Assembly: GCA_963752035.1 (NCBI GenBank)
Contig: CAVVWZ010000027.1
Coordinates: 1-44,313, forward strand
Length of the DNA stretch: 44,313 nt
DNA from: an uncultured delta proteobacterium
Lineage (GTDB): Bacteria > Desulfobacterota > WTBG01
Reading direction: 5' to 3'
Shown here: piece after piece, positions 10,301 to 19,673 of the stretch
Layout of the letters: the number at the start of each line of letters is the position of its first letter
Position numbering within the stretch: position 1 is the stretch's first letter
Program-made: the position numbers and the translations under genes
The notes under the pieces: generated by a model
Told to the model about the DNA's origin: nothing
What the model saw: only the letters and a program-made list of their open reading frames with translations
Databases searched by the model: none

Positions 10301-11247
10301 TTTCAAAGAGACAGTTGTAAAAATGAATCCCAGCATTATCAGTTTTGAAAAGCTTCAAACGTTACAGGTTAATCTGGGTAACAGGTGCAATCAGAGCTGT
10401 GAGCACTGTCATGTGTCTGCCGGACCTGAAGGTGACAACGTGATGTCTCATGAGATTATGGAAAAAATTCTTTTCTTTCTGCGGAATCATAAGGGGCTCA
10501 CTCTGGATATTACCGGAGGGTGTCCGGAATTGCATCCTCACTTTAAGTATTTCCTTGAAGAGGCTCATGCTGCTGGTTTCCCGCCTTATGGTGAGAACAA
10601 ATCTTACAATATTAACAGAACCTGAAATGGACTGGATTTTCGAGTGGTATAAGGAGCATGGGGTTGTTCTTATAGCATCACTTCCCTGTTATACCGAGGA
10701 CAATGTCAATAAGCAAAGGGGGAAGGGTGTTTTTAAAAAGAGTTTGGATGCCCTGCGAAAACTTAATGATCTCGGTTATGGACGTATTCTGGAACTCAAT
10801 TTGATCTACAATCCGAGCAGCGATTTTTTACCTGCTCCCCAAAAACAACTTGAAGAAGACTACAGGCGACAGCTTATTGAACGCTATGGCATTAGTTTTA
10901 ACAGCCTTTTCACCATAGTTAATGCTCCGCTCGGTCGTTTTAAAAACTATCTCGAATCCTGCGGCAGGACAGAAGACTACTTCCAGCTGCTGGTTGACAA
11001 TTTTAATCCTGATGCCGCCAAAAATATTATGTGCCGCACTCTTATCAACGTGGATTGGCGTGGTGTGTTGTTTAATTGTGATTTCAATCAGGCATCAGAG
11101 GTGCCACTTCGGTCAAGGGATGGAAATGTCATGACCATTGATACTATCACAGATGTGCTTGCAGAGGGATGTGAAATTGTAATGGCTGATCATTGCTATT
11201 GTTGCACAGCTGGAGCTGGTTCCAGCTGTACCGGGGAGTTAGTGTGA
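10290..11247 (+). CDS. arsS: ArsS-like arsenosugar-biosynthesis radical SAM protein with DUF3641 C-terminus (frameshift ~10575)
   Basis: LQVNLGNRCNQSCEHCHV, LDITGGCPE, RTNLT, ASLPCY, MCRTLINVDWRG, CDFNQ, HCYCCTAGAGSSC. Confidence 0.88.
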
Positions 11248-11254
11248 ATAGCTG

Positions 11255-11929
11255 ATGGATAAAAGGTGCATACTTTTTTATGTGAAATACCCCGAACAGG
11301 GTCGCGTAAAGAGACGACTTGCTGCCCACTTTGGAGAAGAACTGGCAACAGAACTATACAAAAATTTTGTCTTTGATTCCTTGACCACTCTGAGCAGATG
11401 CGAAGCTTCCTTGAAGGTCTGCTTTTATCCTCCTCACAGGGAGGAGTTATTCATAGCGTGGCTCGGTACCCATTATGCCTGTTTGCCACAAAGGGGAAGT
11501 GATTTAGGAGAACGGATGAAGAATAGCTTTTTTGATGCATGGGATCAGGGGTATCAGCATGTTATCATTACCGGTAGTGACATTCCTGATTTACCCCACG
11601 CCTTCATTCAGGACGCATTTTCAATGCTCTGTACAAATGATGCGGTGATCGGGCCGGCTTTTGATGGAGGATACTATTTAATCGGGTTTCGACGTGAAAC
11701 ATTTTTACCCGAGGCCTTTGACCAAATCCCCTGGGGAACCGAGACAGTATATATGGACACCCTCAATAGATTAAAAATGGGGGGTGTGTCGGTTGGAACC
11801 TTACCCATGTGGAGTGATATAGATACCCCTGATGATCTCAGGGATTTATGCAAGAGAAACCGCCACACACCATTTCATAGATCAAAAACAATCTCCTTTA
11901 TAACAGAAAATATGGCTGGATTGGCCTGA
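11255..11929 (+). CDS. TIGR04282/DUF2064-like transferase (arsenosugar/rSAM-associated)
   Basis: KYPEQGRVKRRLA, QRGSDLGERM, GSDIPDL, GPAFDGGYYLIG, DIDTPDDL. Confidence 0.88.
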   Translation: MDKRCILFYVKYPEQGRVKRRLAAHFGEELATELYKNFVFDSLTTLSRCEASLKVCFYPPHREELFIAWLGTHYACLPQRGSDLGERMKNSFFDAWDQGYQHVIITGSDIPDLPHAFIQDAFSMLCTNDAVIGPAFDGGYYLIGFRRETFLPEAFDQIPWGTETVYMDTLNRLKMGGVSVGTLPMWSDIDTPDDLRDLCKRNRHTPFHRSKTISFITENMAGLA

Positions 11930-12086
11930 ATGCTGTACCAGTTACTATTTTGCCACATGCAAAATGAAGAATAAACTAACCACAGAGAGCACAGAGGAGG
12001 AGAGAACAAATTCATGTATTTGGGTAGTTATTAGTTTGTCGGTGGTTTGCTTATAAAAATACTACTTGCTTAAGAAAGGTACCCCT

Positions 12087-12470
12087 ATGACAAATAATGC
12101 ATCGAAAACACTTCTTTTTGTCTACAATGCCGATACCGGATTATTTAGTGTGGTCACAGACTATGCCCACAAAATAATTTCACCAAAGACCTACCCTTGT
12201 AATTTGTGCGCCCTTACCTACGGCAATATGGGAATGAACAATAAGTGGAAAGACTTTATCGCCACCTTAAAGGTCCCCATTACCTTTCTTCATCGTGATG
12301 AATTTGTTAAGCAGTATGATTTTAAGGATACTCAACTGCCGGCCGCTTTTTTACAGCAGGGTGAATCCGTAACCATACTTATAACCCATGATGAGATAAA
12401 CGATTGTACCTCTGTAGATGATTTAATGGATCTGGTTACAAAGAAAATAGATGCGGTTGAGTGGAAATAG
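12087..12470 (+). CDS. Conserved hypothetical protein with CxxC motif
   Basis: LLFVYNADTG...HKIISPKTYPCNLCALTYG...FLHRDEF. Confidence 0.75.
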   Translation: MTNNASKTLLFVYNADTGLFSVVTDYAHKIISPKTYPCNLCALTYGNMGMNNKWKDFIATLKVPITFLHRDEFVKQYDFKDTQLPAAFLQQGESVTILITHDEINDCTSVDDLMDLVTKKIDAVEWK

Positions 12471-12537
12471 AGTTTCTAATTGTTGGACAGCTCCTTCTAG
12501 AGACCTAGGAAGGTATATTTGTTGAGGCAAATGTTTT

Positions 12538-13560
12538 ATGTCTGAACTGAGACAAAATCTGGCAACTAAGGAATGGGTAATTATTTCGGCAGAAAGAGCC
12601 AGCAAACCCAATGCGGTATTTAATAAGATTATTGGCACCCCTGTTTCTGACAAGGAATATGATCCTGAATGTCCATTTTGTCCTGAAAATGAAAAGGTGT
12701 TTCCGGTTGAGGAAAGATACAGGATAGATGATGGAGGAGGTAAATGGCTTGTAAGAGTTATCGAAAACAAATTTAAGATCCTGGATAGATTTAAAACCTG
12801 TCCGTCAGTACCGGATGCCTTTAGCAAGGAAGGTATTTATCAGAAACTGGAGGGGTGCGGCAGTCACGAACTGGTAATTGATACTAATAAACATAATAAA
12901 ACAATTACTGATCTTTCGCGGGATGATCTTAAAAAGGTTATTGCCGCTTATCTCAACAGGTATACTGCCTTCCAAAAAAATCCCAACAATCTGATTACCA
13001 TACTATTTAAAAATTACGGTGTATTGGCCGGCCAGACACAACCGCACTCCCATACCCAGCTAGTTGGCTCCCGGATAGTACCCCTCTATACCCGTTCCCT
13101 CCTCCATGAAGCAGAAAAACATTTCGATACCTATGGTTCCTGTGTGTTTTGTGATATGCTCAAGTATGAAAGAGAGGAAAAAACGAGGCTTGTCTTTCAC
13201 AATCATGATTTTGTGGCTTTTGTGCCCTATGCTGCCGGAGCAGAACATGAGGTCTGGATCGTGCCCCAGTGGCATAGTGCCGGTTTGCAGGATATGGAAG
13301 CAGACAGAATCACCAGTCTTGCTGATACCCTCCATGTAATATTGGATAAGTTTTGTCTTTCTATTGATAATCCTGATTTCAATTTTGTTTTCAGAACGGC
13401 ACCCTACGCCCTCTCTGAGGTTCCTTTTTATCACTGGTATATACAGATAACGCCTCGGACAAAGATTTTGGGCGGGTTTGAGAGGGGAACACGTATACAG
13501 GTCAACACCATACTGCCGGAAGAATCAGCCCACATGCTGCGTGAATGCACCACCTGTTAG
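12538..13560 (+). CDS. galT: GalT-like hexose-1-phosphate nucleotidyltransferase (HIT superfamily)
   Basis: SELRQNLATKEWVII, CPFCPENE, catalytic HSHTQ (HxHxQ), CVFCD, HWYIQITPR, GGFERGT. Confidence 0.8.
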   Translation: MSELRQNLATKEWVIISAERASKPNAVFNKIIGTPVSDKEYDPECPFCPENEKVFPVEERYRIDDGGGKWLVRVIENKFKILDRFKTCPSVPDAFSKEGIYQKLEGCGSHELVIDTNKHNKTITDLSRDDLKKVIAAYLNRYTAFQKNPNNLITILFKNYGVLAGQTQPHSHTQLVGSRIVPLYTRSLLHEAEKHFDTYGSCVFCDMLKYEREEKTRLVFHNHDFVAFVPYAAGAEHEVWIVPQWHSAGLQDMEADRITSLADTLHVILDKFCLSIDNPDFNFVFRTAPYALSEVPFYHWYIQITPRTKILGGFERGTRIQVNTILPEESAHMLRECTTC

Positions 13561-13766
13561 CATTACCAGCTTATCTGTTAATCTCCAGCCTGCCACTGGT
13601 GAGGGTTCAAAAAAATGTATCTTGTGCTTGACAATATGATATATATAGTTGTTTAATAGTGTTTAATCTTACAGATGCGTGCTGTTTAGGATATGTCTCA
13701 ACAATCTGCTGCAATAACACTGGACCGGTTATACAGGAGCTATAATAATAGAATCGGAGGTAAGCC

Positions 13767-14201
13767 ATGAAGACAAGAAATGTTATTGTTTTACTCTTTA
13801 TCTGGATAACAACTCTGTGCTTAACGGGGGTTGTTCTTGCTGCCGAGGAAAAAACGGAAGAACTGAAGGTAGTCAATAGAATTGTCAGTGTCTCAACAAA
13901 TCAAGGGTTGATGCCTGCTAACCTTACCACCGCCCCTGGAACAACGGTGATTTGGGTTAATCACTCCCGAGATCCTATAGAGATACTCTTTATTGACAAA
14001 AAGGTTACCCTTGCCTGCGGATCTCCTGTGAACTTTTTTGTTGGAAAAGATGGGGCTTATGAATCTGCTAAGATCCCCTTTGGCGGTACTGCCAGCCTCT
14101 GTTTTACTGAAAAGGGAAGATTTGATTATATGTTTAAGAAATCCTCCACCTTTTATCCAATGGAAGACAGAGAACATAAAGGATTCATTTTAGTTAAATA
14201 G
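13767..14201 (+). CDS. Exported cupredoxin-like protein
   Basis: Signal peptide; PGTTVIWVN and CFTEKGRFDY cupredoxin-like strands. Confidence 0.65.
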   Translation: MKTRNVIVLLFIWITTLCLTGVVLAAEEKTEELKVVNRIVSVSTNQGLMPANLTTAPGTTVIWVNHSRDPIEILFIDKKVTLACGSPVNFFVGKDGAYESAKIPFGGTASLCFTEKGRFDYMFKKSSTFYPMEDREHKGFILVK

Positions 14202-14268
14202 TATGAGAACAGTATGCTGTGTTAATGTAACCTGCAAAAGATTTAAATACTATCCTCAGTGGTTTTTA

Positions 14269-14295
14269 TTGACAACTGGACCAACTTGGTATAAT
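14269..14295 (+). promoter_or_regulatory. Candidate sigma70 promoter (extended -10)
   Basis: TTGACA-15 nt-TATAAT with TG one base before the -10 hexamer. Confidence 0.5.
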
Positions 14296-14466
14296 TGATA
14301 CTTCAAAGCAAGCGCACTCAAAAATTATATGAATTTTAATATGGTATGATTCCTTATAAAAACTATTGACTTGTCTTAAGGGGGTGATAGGTGTAACTGT
14401 TCATTGTTAATAAAGAAAGTTAACTAACCTGTATCTATCAATATAACCTGATAAGGAGGTTTCTAG

Positions 14467-14938
14467 ATGAAAAACAAAAGTTTTCTTGTTCTCATAGCTT
14501 TTTTTATTGCAAGTACTTGTTTCACAGGTTTTTTATATGCTGCTGAGGAAGTTGTCCCCGCTTCAGAAGAACTTGAGGTGGAACAGCTAAAGATCGCCAA
14601 TAAGATGGTTCGAATTACTGAAAGAGAAGGTGCATTTCCACAAACCGTTATTTCTGAGTGCTGGTACTACCGTTGTCTGGATTAACAATTCGAGATCAAC
14701 CCTGGAGGTACAGTTTCTTGATAAAAAGGTTACTCTTGCCTGCGGTTCTCCGGTAAACTTTTTTATTAATACAGACGGCGCCTATGAATCCGGAAAGATT
14801 CCCTATGGCGGTACAGCCAGCCTTTGTTTTCTCGAGAAGGGTACTTATGATTACATGGTCAGGGTTAATAGAACTTTTTACAAACCAGCATTTGGAGGTA
14901 TGGCCAAAGATCATCGGGGGAGAATTGATATAAGGTAA
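14467..14938 (+). CDS. Second exported cupredoxin-like protein, paralogue of 13767-14201 (frameshift ~14650)
   Basis: AAGGAGG RBS, signal peptide, shared DKKVTLACGSPVNFF and GGTASLCF. Confidence 0.7.
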
Positions 14939-15018
14939 TATCCCTAATAATGAAAATTGTCACCCTGAACAAAAAAGTGGTTCAGAGCAAAGAATTTAAA
15001 GCTATTTAATAATTAATT

Positions 15019-15049
15019 GACCCCTCAACATATCTGTTGGGGGGTTTTT
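15019..15049 (+). terminator. Intrinsic terminator
   Basis: GACCCCTCAACA-TATC-TGTTGGGGGTT then T-tract, between convergent genes. Confidence 0.7.
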
Positions 15050-15078
15050 GTATCTAATGAGAAATACGGGATCATTAG

Positions 15079-16251
15079 TTAGTGTGTTTCTTTTGAGGCA
15101 ACCAGTGCATACCTGGTGAAGAGGGGACCTGCAATTTCATAAAAGACGGTTGTGGCTATGATGGTTGAGAAAATCGTATTGCCCACACCGGGGAAGCGTT
15201 CCTTGACAATGAGGGCCAATCCTATGGCGACACCTGCCTGAGGTAACAGAGCCCAGCCAAGATACTTCCGTATCTTGGGTTCTGCATTTGAGAGATATCC
15301 CCCCAGGAATCCACCACAAACTTTGCCCAGAGATCTCAGGACTATGAAGAGTACTACACTGAGTGCTACCCCTTGCAGAAGGGCAAACTCAAGGTTTGCT
15401 CCTGCCAGAATAAAGAAAAGCAGGTAGAGAGGGGCATCAACAGTTTTGATAAGATCGAAAAATTTAAAGGATGTGGGGCTGAGGTTAACCAGAACTGCTC
15501 CAAGGACGATGTTGGCAAGAAGCAGAGAGAGGTGAAAATAGAGGGCCAGACCGGTGTTGAGCAAAAGGAAACCGAGCAGGTAAATGAGCAGATCTGATTT
15601 TACCTTAATGTGCCGTGCAAAAAAATGGCAGATGAAGGCAAGAACACCACCAAGTATAACAGCTAAAACAATTTCTCTAACAAAGGGAAAAAGCACTTTG
15701 AACAGGGAAGGGCTGGTGTCGGCCCCCAGCAGCGCATCCTGGGCAAGGGCAAAGGAGAGGGCAAAAACAATAAGACACCAGGCATCATCGATTGCCACCA
15801 CCCCCAGCAGGGTGTTGGTAAAATTCCCACGGGCTCGATACTCCCGAATTACCATTAAAGTGGCTGCAGGTGCGGTTGCTGAGGATATTGCCCCGAAGAG
15901 GATAGCAACAGGTAAAGGCTGTGCAAGGAGAAGATGTAAGCCTGCAGTTACGAGAAACCAGGGTAGAAGGGCAGCAGTGAGAGAAATGTAGATGACTGGT
16001 TTGCCGATTTCTTTAAAAGATCTGAAGAGGAAGCTCTCGCCCAGACTGAATGCAATGATGCCCAGGGCAATATTGGAAATGAGCCCGGAGGAAGCTATCA
16101 GCTGGTCATTGACGAGGTTAAAAAGCGAAGGTCCAAGAAGAATACCCACGATGATAAATGCAGTCACCGTGGGTAGCTTTATCTTTTGGATTAACCGTTC
16201 AGCCAGAAGGCCCACCAGGAGTATGAACCCCAGATTGAGAATGGTGTTCAC
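15079..16251 (-). CDS. Cation:proton antiporter (CPA2/Na+/H+ exchanger family)
   Basis: About 12 TM segments, SATAPAAT, VAIDD, PQAGVAIGLA. Confidence 0.9.
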   Translation of the reverse strand: MNTILNLGFILLVGLLAERLIQKIKLPTVTAFIIVGILLGPSLFNLVNDQLIASSGLISNIALGIIAFSLGESFLFRSFKEIGKPVIYISLTAALLPWFLVTAGLHLLLAQPLPVAILFGAISSATAPAATLMVIREYRARGNFTNTLLGVVAIDDAWCLIVFALSFALAQDALLGADTSPSLFKVLFPFVREIVLAVILGGVLAFICHFFARHIKVKSDLLIYLLGFLLLNTGLALYFHLSLLLANIVLGAVLVNLSPTSFKFFDLIKTVDAPLYLLFFILAGANLEFALLQGVALSVVLFIVLRSLGKVCGGFLGGYLSNAEPKIRKYLGWALLPQAGVAIGLALIVKERFPGVGNTIFSTIIATTVFYEIAGPLFTRYALVASKETH

Positions 16252-16727
16252 GTGATTACTCCCCTTTCCCGCAAAACTACATAAATAATGTCAAAGAGGG
16301 TAATGACCCCTACCAGGGTGTCATTGTTAAGCACGGGTAATCCCTGTATGTTGTGGAGTTGCATGAGAGAGGAGGCCTCAGAAATGGTTTTATCTTCTTC
16401 AATGGGGATGAAATTAGTTTCCATAATGTCGGCTACCAGGGTTAAGTGTGCCCACTCCGGAGTAACCGTAACATCAAGGATATCCATGTCTTCCTCTTCC
16501 ACTTTGAGTGAGGGGCTTGCACGCAGCATACGGGTGAGCTGTTTGCTGTGGGGTTTGAAGATGGCCAGTACGCTTTCTATGTTGACCGTTCCAAGCATGT
16601 GGTTGTCATCATCAACAACGGGGAAACGGTGAAAGTGATACTCACGGAAGAGCTTCATCAACTCAACTATGTCGAGAGATGGTTTAACCGTTATGACATC
16701 TGTGCGCATAACATCTTTTACCAGCAT
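16248..16727 (-). CDS. CBS-domain pair protein
   Basis: MLVKDVMRTDVITV, FPVVDD, LPVLNNDTLVGVIT; overlaps the antiporter start. Confidence 0.88.
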   Translation of the reverse strand: MLVKDVMRTDVITVKPSLDIVELMKLFREYHFHRFPVVDDDNHMLGTVNIESVLAIFKPHSKQLTRMLRASPSLKVEEEDMDILDVTVTPEWAHLTLVADIMETNFIPIEEDKTISEASSLMQLHNIQGLPVLNNDTLVGVITLFDIIYVVLRERGVIT

Positions 16728-16806
16728 AGGTGTTACACTCTCGTTTGATATTGGTGTTGATATAGCCAGCGGAAGGTGTCCGGTGTGCCGTTGGGAAATA
16801 CAGCTG

Positions 16807-18227
16807 TTAATCGTCATCCACAGTACAGCAGGGTTTTTCGATAGACTCCACGGACTCTGTTTCCATATAGTTGTTAAAATCTCTCAAAAAGGTAGCGGCA
16901 TTGATGCCATCAACCACACGGTGGTCCATGGAAAGAGTAACTTTCATTATTTTGGTGGGAACAACAGCGCCATCTTTTATAACCGGTGTATCTTTGATGG
17001 TACTGACTGCCATTATTGCAGTCTGGGGAGGATAGATGATAGCCGAAAAATCAGTCACCCCTAACATACCGAGGTTACTGATGGTAAAGGTACCATCGGT
17101 GAAATCATCCGGGGAGAATTTACCTGCTTCTGCTTTTTCTCTGAGACGTTTTACCCCGCTTGAAATTTCATCTATGGTCAGCTTGTCACAGTTCTTGAGA
17201 ACGGGAATGATTAGCCCTTCAGGAAGTCCTATGACAATACCCATGTTAACCTCTTTTTTCAGGATCAAGCCCTGTTCAGGATAGACAGCATTGAGATAGG
17301 GGTAGTTTTTGAGGGTTGTTGCTACTGCCTTGATGATGACATCGTTGATGGTGATCTTGTTTTTGGAGTCTTGTTTCTTTTGATTGAGTTTTGCAAGCTG
17401 GGTGATGACATTAGTCATGGCAATTTCGTAGCTTACATAGAAGTGAGGAATATGTTGTTTGCTGTAGCTCACCGTTGCCGCGATTGCCTTTCTCATTTTG
17501 GAAAGGCTGGTAATCTCTTCAGATGGCCCCAGTTCTCTCTGCACCAGCGGAAGTGTTCCCTCCTTAACTGCAGTATCTTCTTTGTAATTCCGAACATCTT
17601 TGAGGGTAATCATGGCCCCCGCACCGGTTCCCTTCAGCTGAGAAAGATCTATTCCACGTTGTTGCGCAAAACTTCGTGCTGCGGGTGATGCATTAACGTC
17701 TCCCTTGACCGTGGTGGCACCGGTTTTGCGGGTACGATTTTTAGTTTGGGAGCTACCGTGGTATCCTTAACGGGTGGTTTTTGACTTACTTCGACCTTGG
17801 ATGGTTCTTCGACCTTGGATGGTTCTTCGACCTTGGATGGTTCTTCAACCTTGGATGGTTCTTCAACCTTGGATGGTTCTTCAACCTTGGATGGTTCTTC
17901 GACCTTGGATGGTTCTTCAACCTTGGATGGTTCTTCAACCTTGGATGGTTTTTCAACCAGGGGTTCATCTTGCGGGATGACTTTATCCATATCTCCCCCG
18001 ATAACAGCAATTGGAGTTCCTACCGGTACTTTTTCTCCTTCCTGAACAAGGATCTGTGAGAGTACACCTGAAACAAAAGCTTCTACCTCCAGTACTGCCT
18101 TATCAGTTTCCACTTCAAAGAGGGTTTCCCCCTGCTGAACGTAATCCCCTTCAGCTTTATACCATTTGATCAGGGTCCCCTCCTCCATGGTGTCACTTAA
18201 TTTGGGCATGCTGATTTCTTCTGGCAT
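16807..18227 (-). CDS. pdhC: Pyruvate dehydrogenase E2 dihydrolipoamide acetyltransferase (frameshift ~17705)
   Basis: Lipoyl domain EVETDKA; other frame gives subunit-binding ASPAARSFAQQRGIDL and catalytic TISNLG, DHRVVDG. Confidence 0.92.
17790..17958. repeat. 18-bp tandem repeat, 9 units, encoding the VEEPSK linker in E2
   Basis: CCTTGGATGGTT recurs every 18 bp from 17795 to 17939. Confidence 0.97.
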
Positions 18228-18241
18228 AATGTGATTCCTTT

Positions 18242-19213
18242 CTAAAGGATATGTATTGCAGCCTGGATTATATCGTCTGGCTGGGGAATAGCAGCACGCT
18301 CAAGGTTTTTAGCATAGGGCATGGGTGTATCTTCCCCCGCGACTCGTACAATGGGTGCGTCAAGGGCCGTAAATGCGTGTTCGTATATCTGGGAACTGAT
18401 TTCTGCTCCAACACCACCGGTTTTCCAATCTTCCTCGACGATGATAACCCGGTTTGTTTTTTTGACAGAGGCAACAATGGTCTCTCTATCCAGGGGATTA
18501 AGGGATCTCAGGTCGATGAGATCTGCCTCTATTCCTTCCTTTTCCAACTGCTGAGCTGCTTCCAGGGCGGTAAGTACCATGTTGGAGTAGGCTATGATAG
18601 TGATGTCCTGCCCCTTCCGTCTAAGGGCCGCTTTCCCAATGGGAATTGTATAGTCCTCAGCGGGAACCTCGCCTTTGGTGTTGTAAAGGTGTTCGTGTTC
18701 GAGGAACATAATGGGGTTGTCGTCTCTGATTGATTCTTTTAAGAGTCCTTTTGCATCCTCGGGGGTTGATGGCATAACCACCTTTAATCCAGGGCAGTGG
18801 AGAAAATAGGATTCCAGGCTTTGGGAATGCTGAGCTCCTAACTGATTTCCGCCGCCACCGGGAGCCCTTATAACAAGTGGAACTTTTGCCTGACCGCCAA
18901 ACATGTAACGGATCTTGGCCGCGTGGTTGACGATCTGGTCCATGGCTAAAAGGGCAAAATTAACCGTCATGAGCTCGGCTATGGGACGGAGTCCCACCAT
19001 GGCAGCTCCAATGGCAGCTCCAACAATAAGTCCCTCGGCAATGGGGGTATCGATTACACGCTTCTCCCCAAATTCGGCAAATAAACCATCCGTAATCTTA
19101 AATGCACCGCCGTAAAACCCCACATCCTCACCCATTATAAAAATGTTGGGGTCACGTTGCATCTCTTCCCGCATGGCATCATTTAAGGCTTCACGATAGC
19201 TAATCAATGGCAT
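18242..19213 (-). CDS. pdhB: Pyruvate dehydrogenase E1 beta subunit
   Basis: GEDVGFYGG, DTPIAE, GAQHSQ, DLRSLNPLD, PMPYA. Confidence 0.93.
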   Translation of the reverse strand: MPLISYREALNDAMREEMQRDPNIFIMGEDVGFYGGAFKITDGLFAEFGEKRVIDTPIAEGLIVGAAIGAAMVGLRPIAELMTVNFALLAMDQIVNHAAKIRYMFGGQAKVPLVIRAPGGGGNQLGAQHSQSLESYFLHCPGLKVVMPSTPEDAKGLLKESIRDDNPIMFLEHEHLYNTKGEVPAEDYTIPIGKAALRRKGQDITIIAYSNMVLTALEAAQQLEKEGIEADLIDLRSLNPLDRETIVASVKKTNRVIIVEEDWKTGGVGAEISSQIYEHAFTALDAPIVRVAGEDTPMPYAKNLERAAIPQPDDIIQAAIHIL

Positions 19214-19232
19214 AATACATCTTCTCCCGCAT

Positions 19233-19652
19233 TTAGCCTAACTTGCTCAAAACGTGACATTCGGTAGTTAATGTCCTGTTTACCGGACAGCGCTCTGCAA
19301 TCTCAAGGATGCGCTCCTTCTGATCCTGGGTAAGGTCTCCCTTGAGATAAATAGTTTTGGTGATCTGATCCAGTTTCCCTTCTTCGGTTATGCACTCCTC
19401 ACAATCGGTGGCATGAATCTTTTCATGATTGAGCTTCACCTGGACACTCTCCAGGGGCCACTCTTTACGCCGGGCGTACATCATAATGGTCATTGATGTA
19501 CATCCCCCTAAGGCAGTAAGGAGTAGATCGTAGGGGTCAGGGCCTTTTCCGTCTCCTCCTACATCTTTTGCTTCATCAATGATGATGGTGTGCTGATCAG
19601 TTTTTGCCTCCTGCTGGTAATTTCTGACAAATTTAACCACAACCTCTTTCAT
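19233..19652 (-). CDS. OsmC/Ohr-superfamily protein
   Basis: DEAKDVGGDGKGPDPYDLLLTALGGCTSMT and AERCPVNRTL keep both catalytic Cys; extra CEEC. Confidence 0.9.
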   Translation of the reverse strand: MKEVVVKFVRNYQQEAKTDQHTIIIDEAKDVGGDGKGPDPYDLLLTALGGCTSMTIMMYARRKEWPLESVQVKLNHEKIHATDCEECITEEGKLDQITKTIYLKGDLTQDQKERILEIAERCPVNRTLTTECHVLSKLG

Positions 19653-19673
19653 AGTAGACTCCCTGCATTCATG

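Noticed and set aside
7628-11929. Selenoneine (senABC) biosynthesis cluster
   Set aside because: No SelD-like or EgtB-like gene; the motifs fit the ArsM/ArsS-associated families.
17790-17958. Possible CRISPR array
   Set aside because: Head-to-tail 18-bp units with no spacers, in frame inside pdhC; no cas genes in the window.
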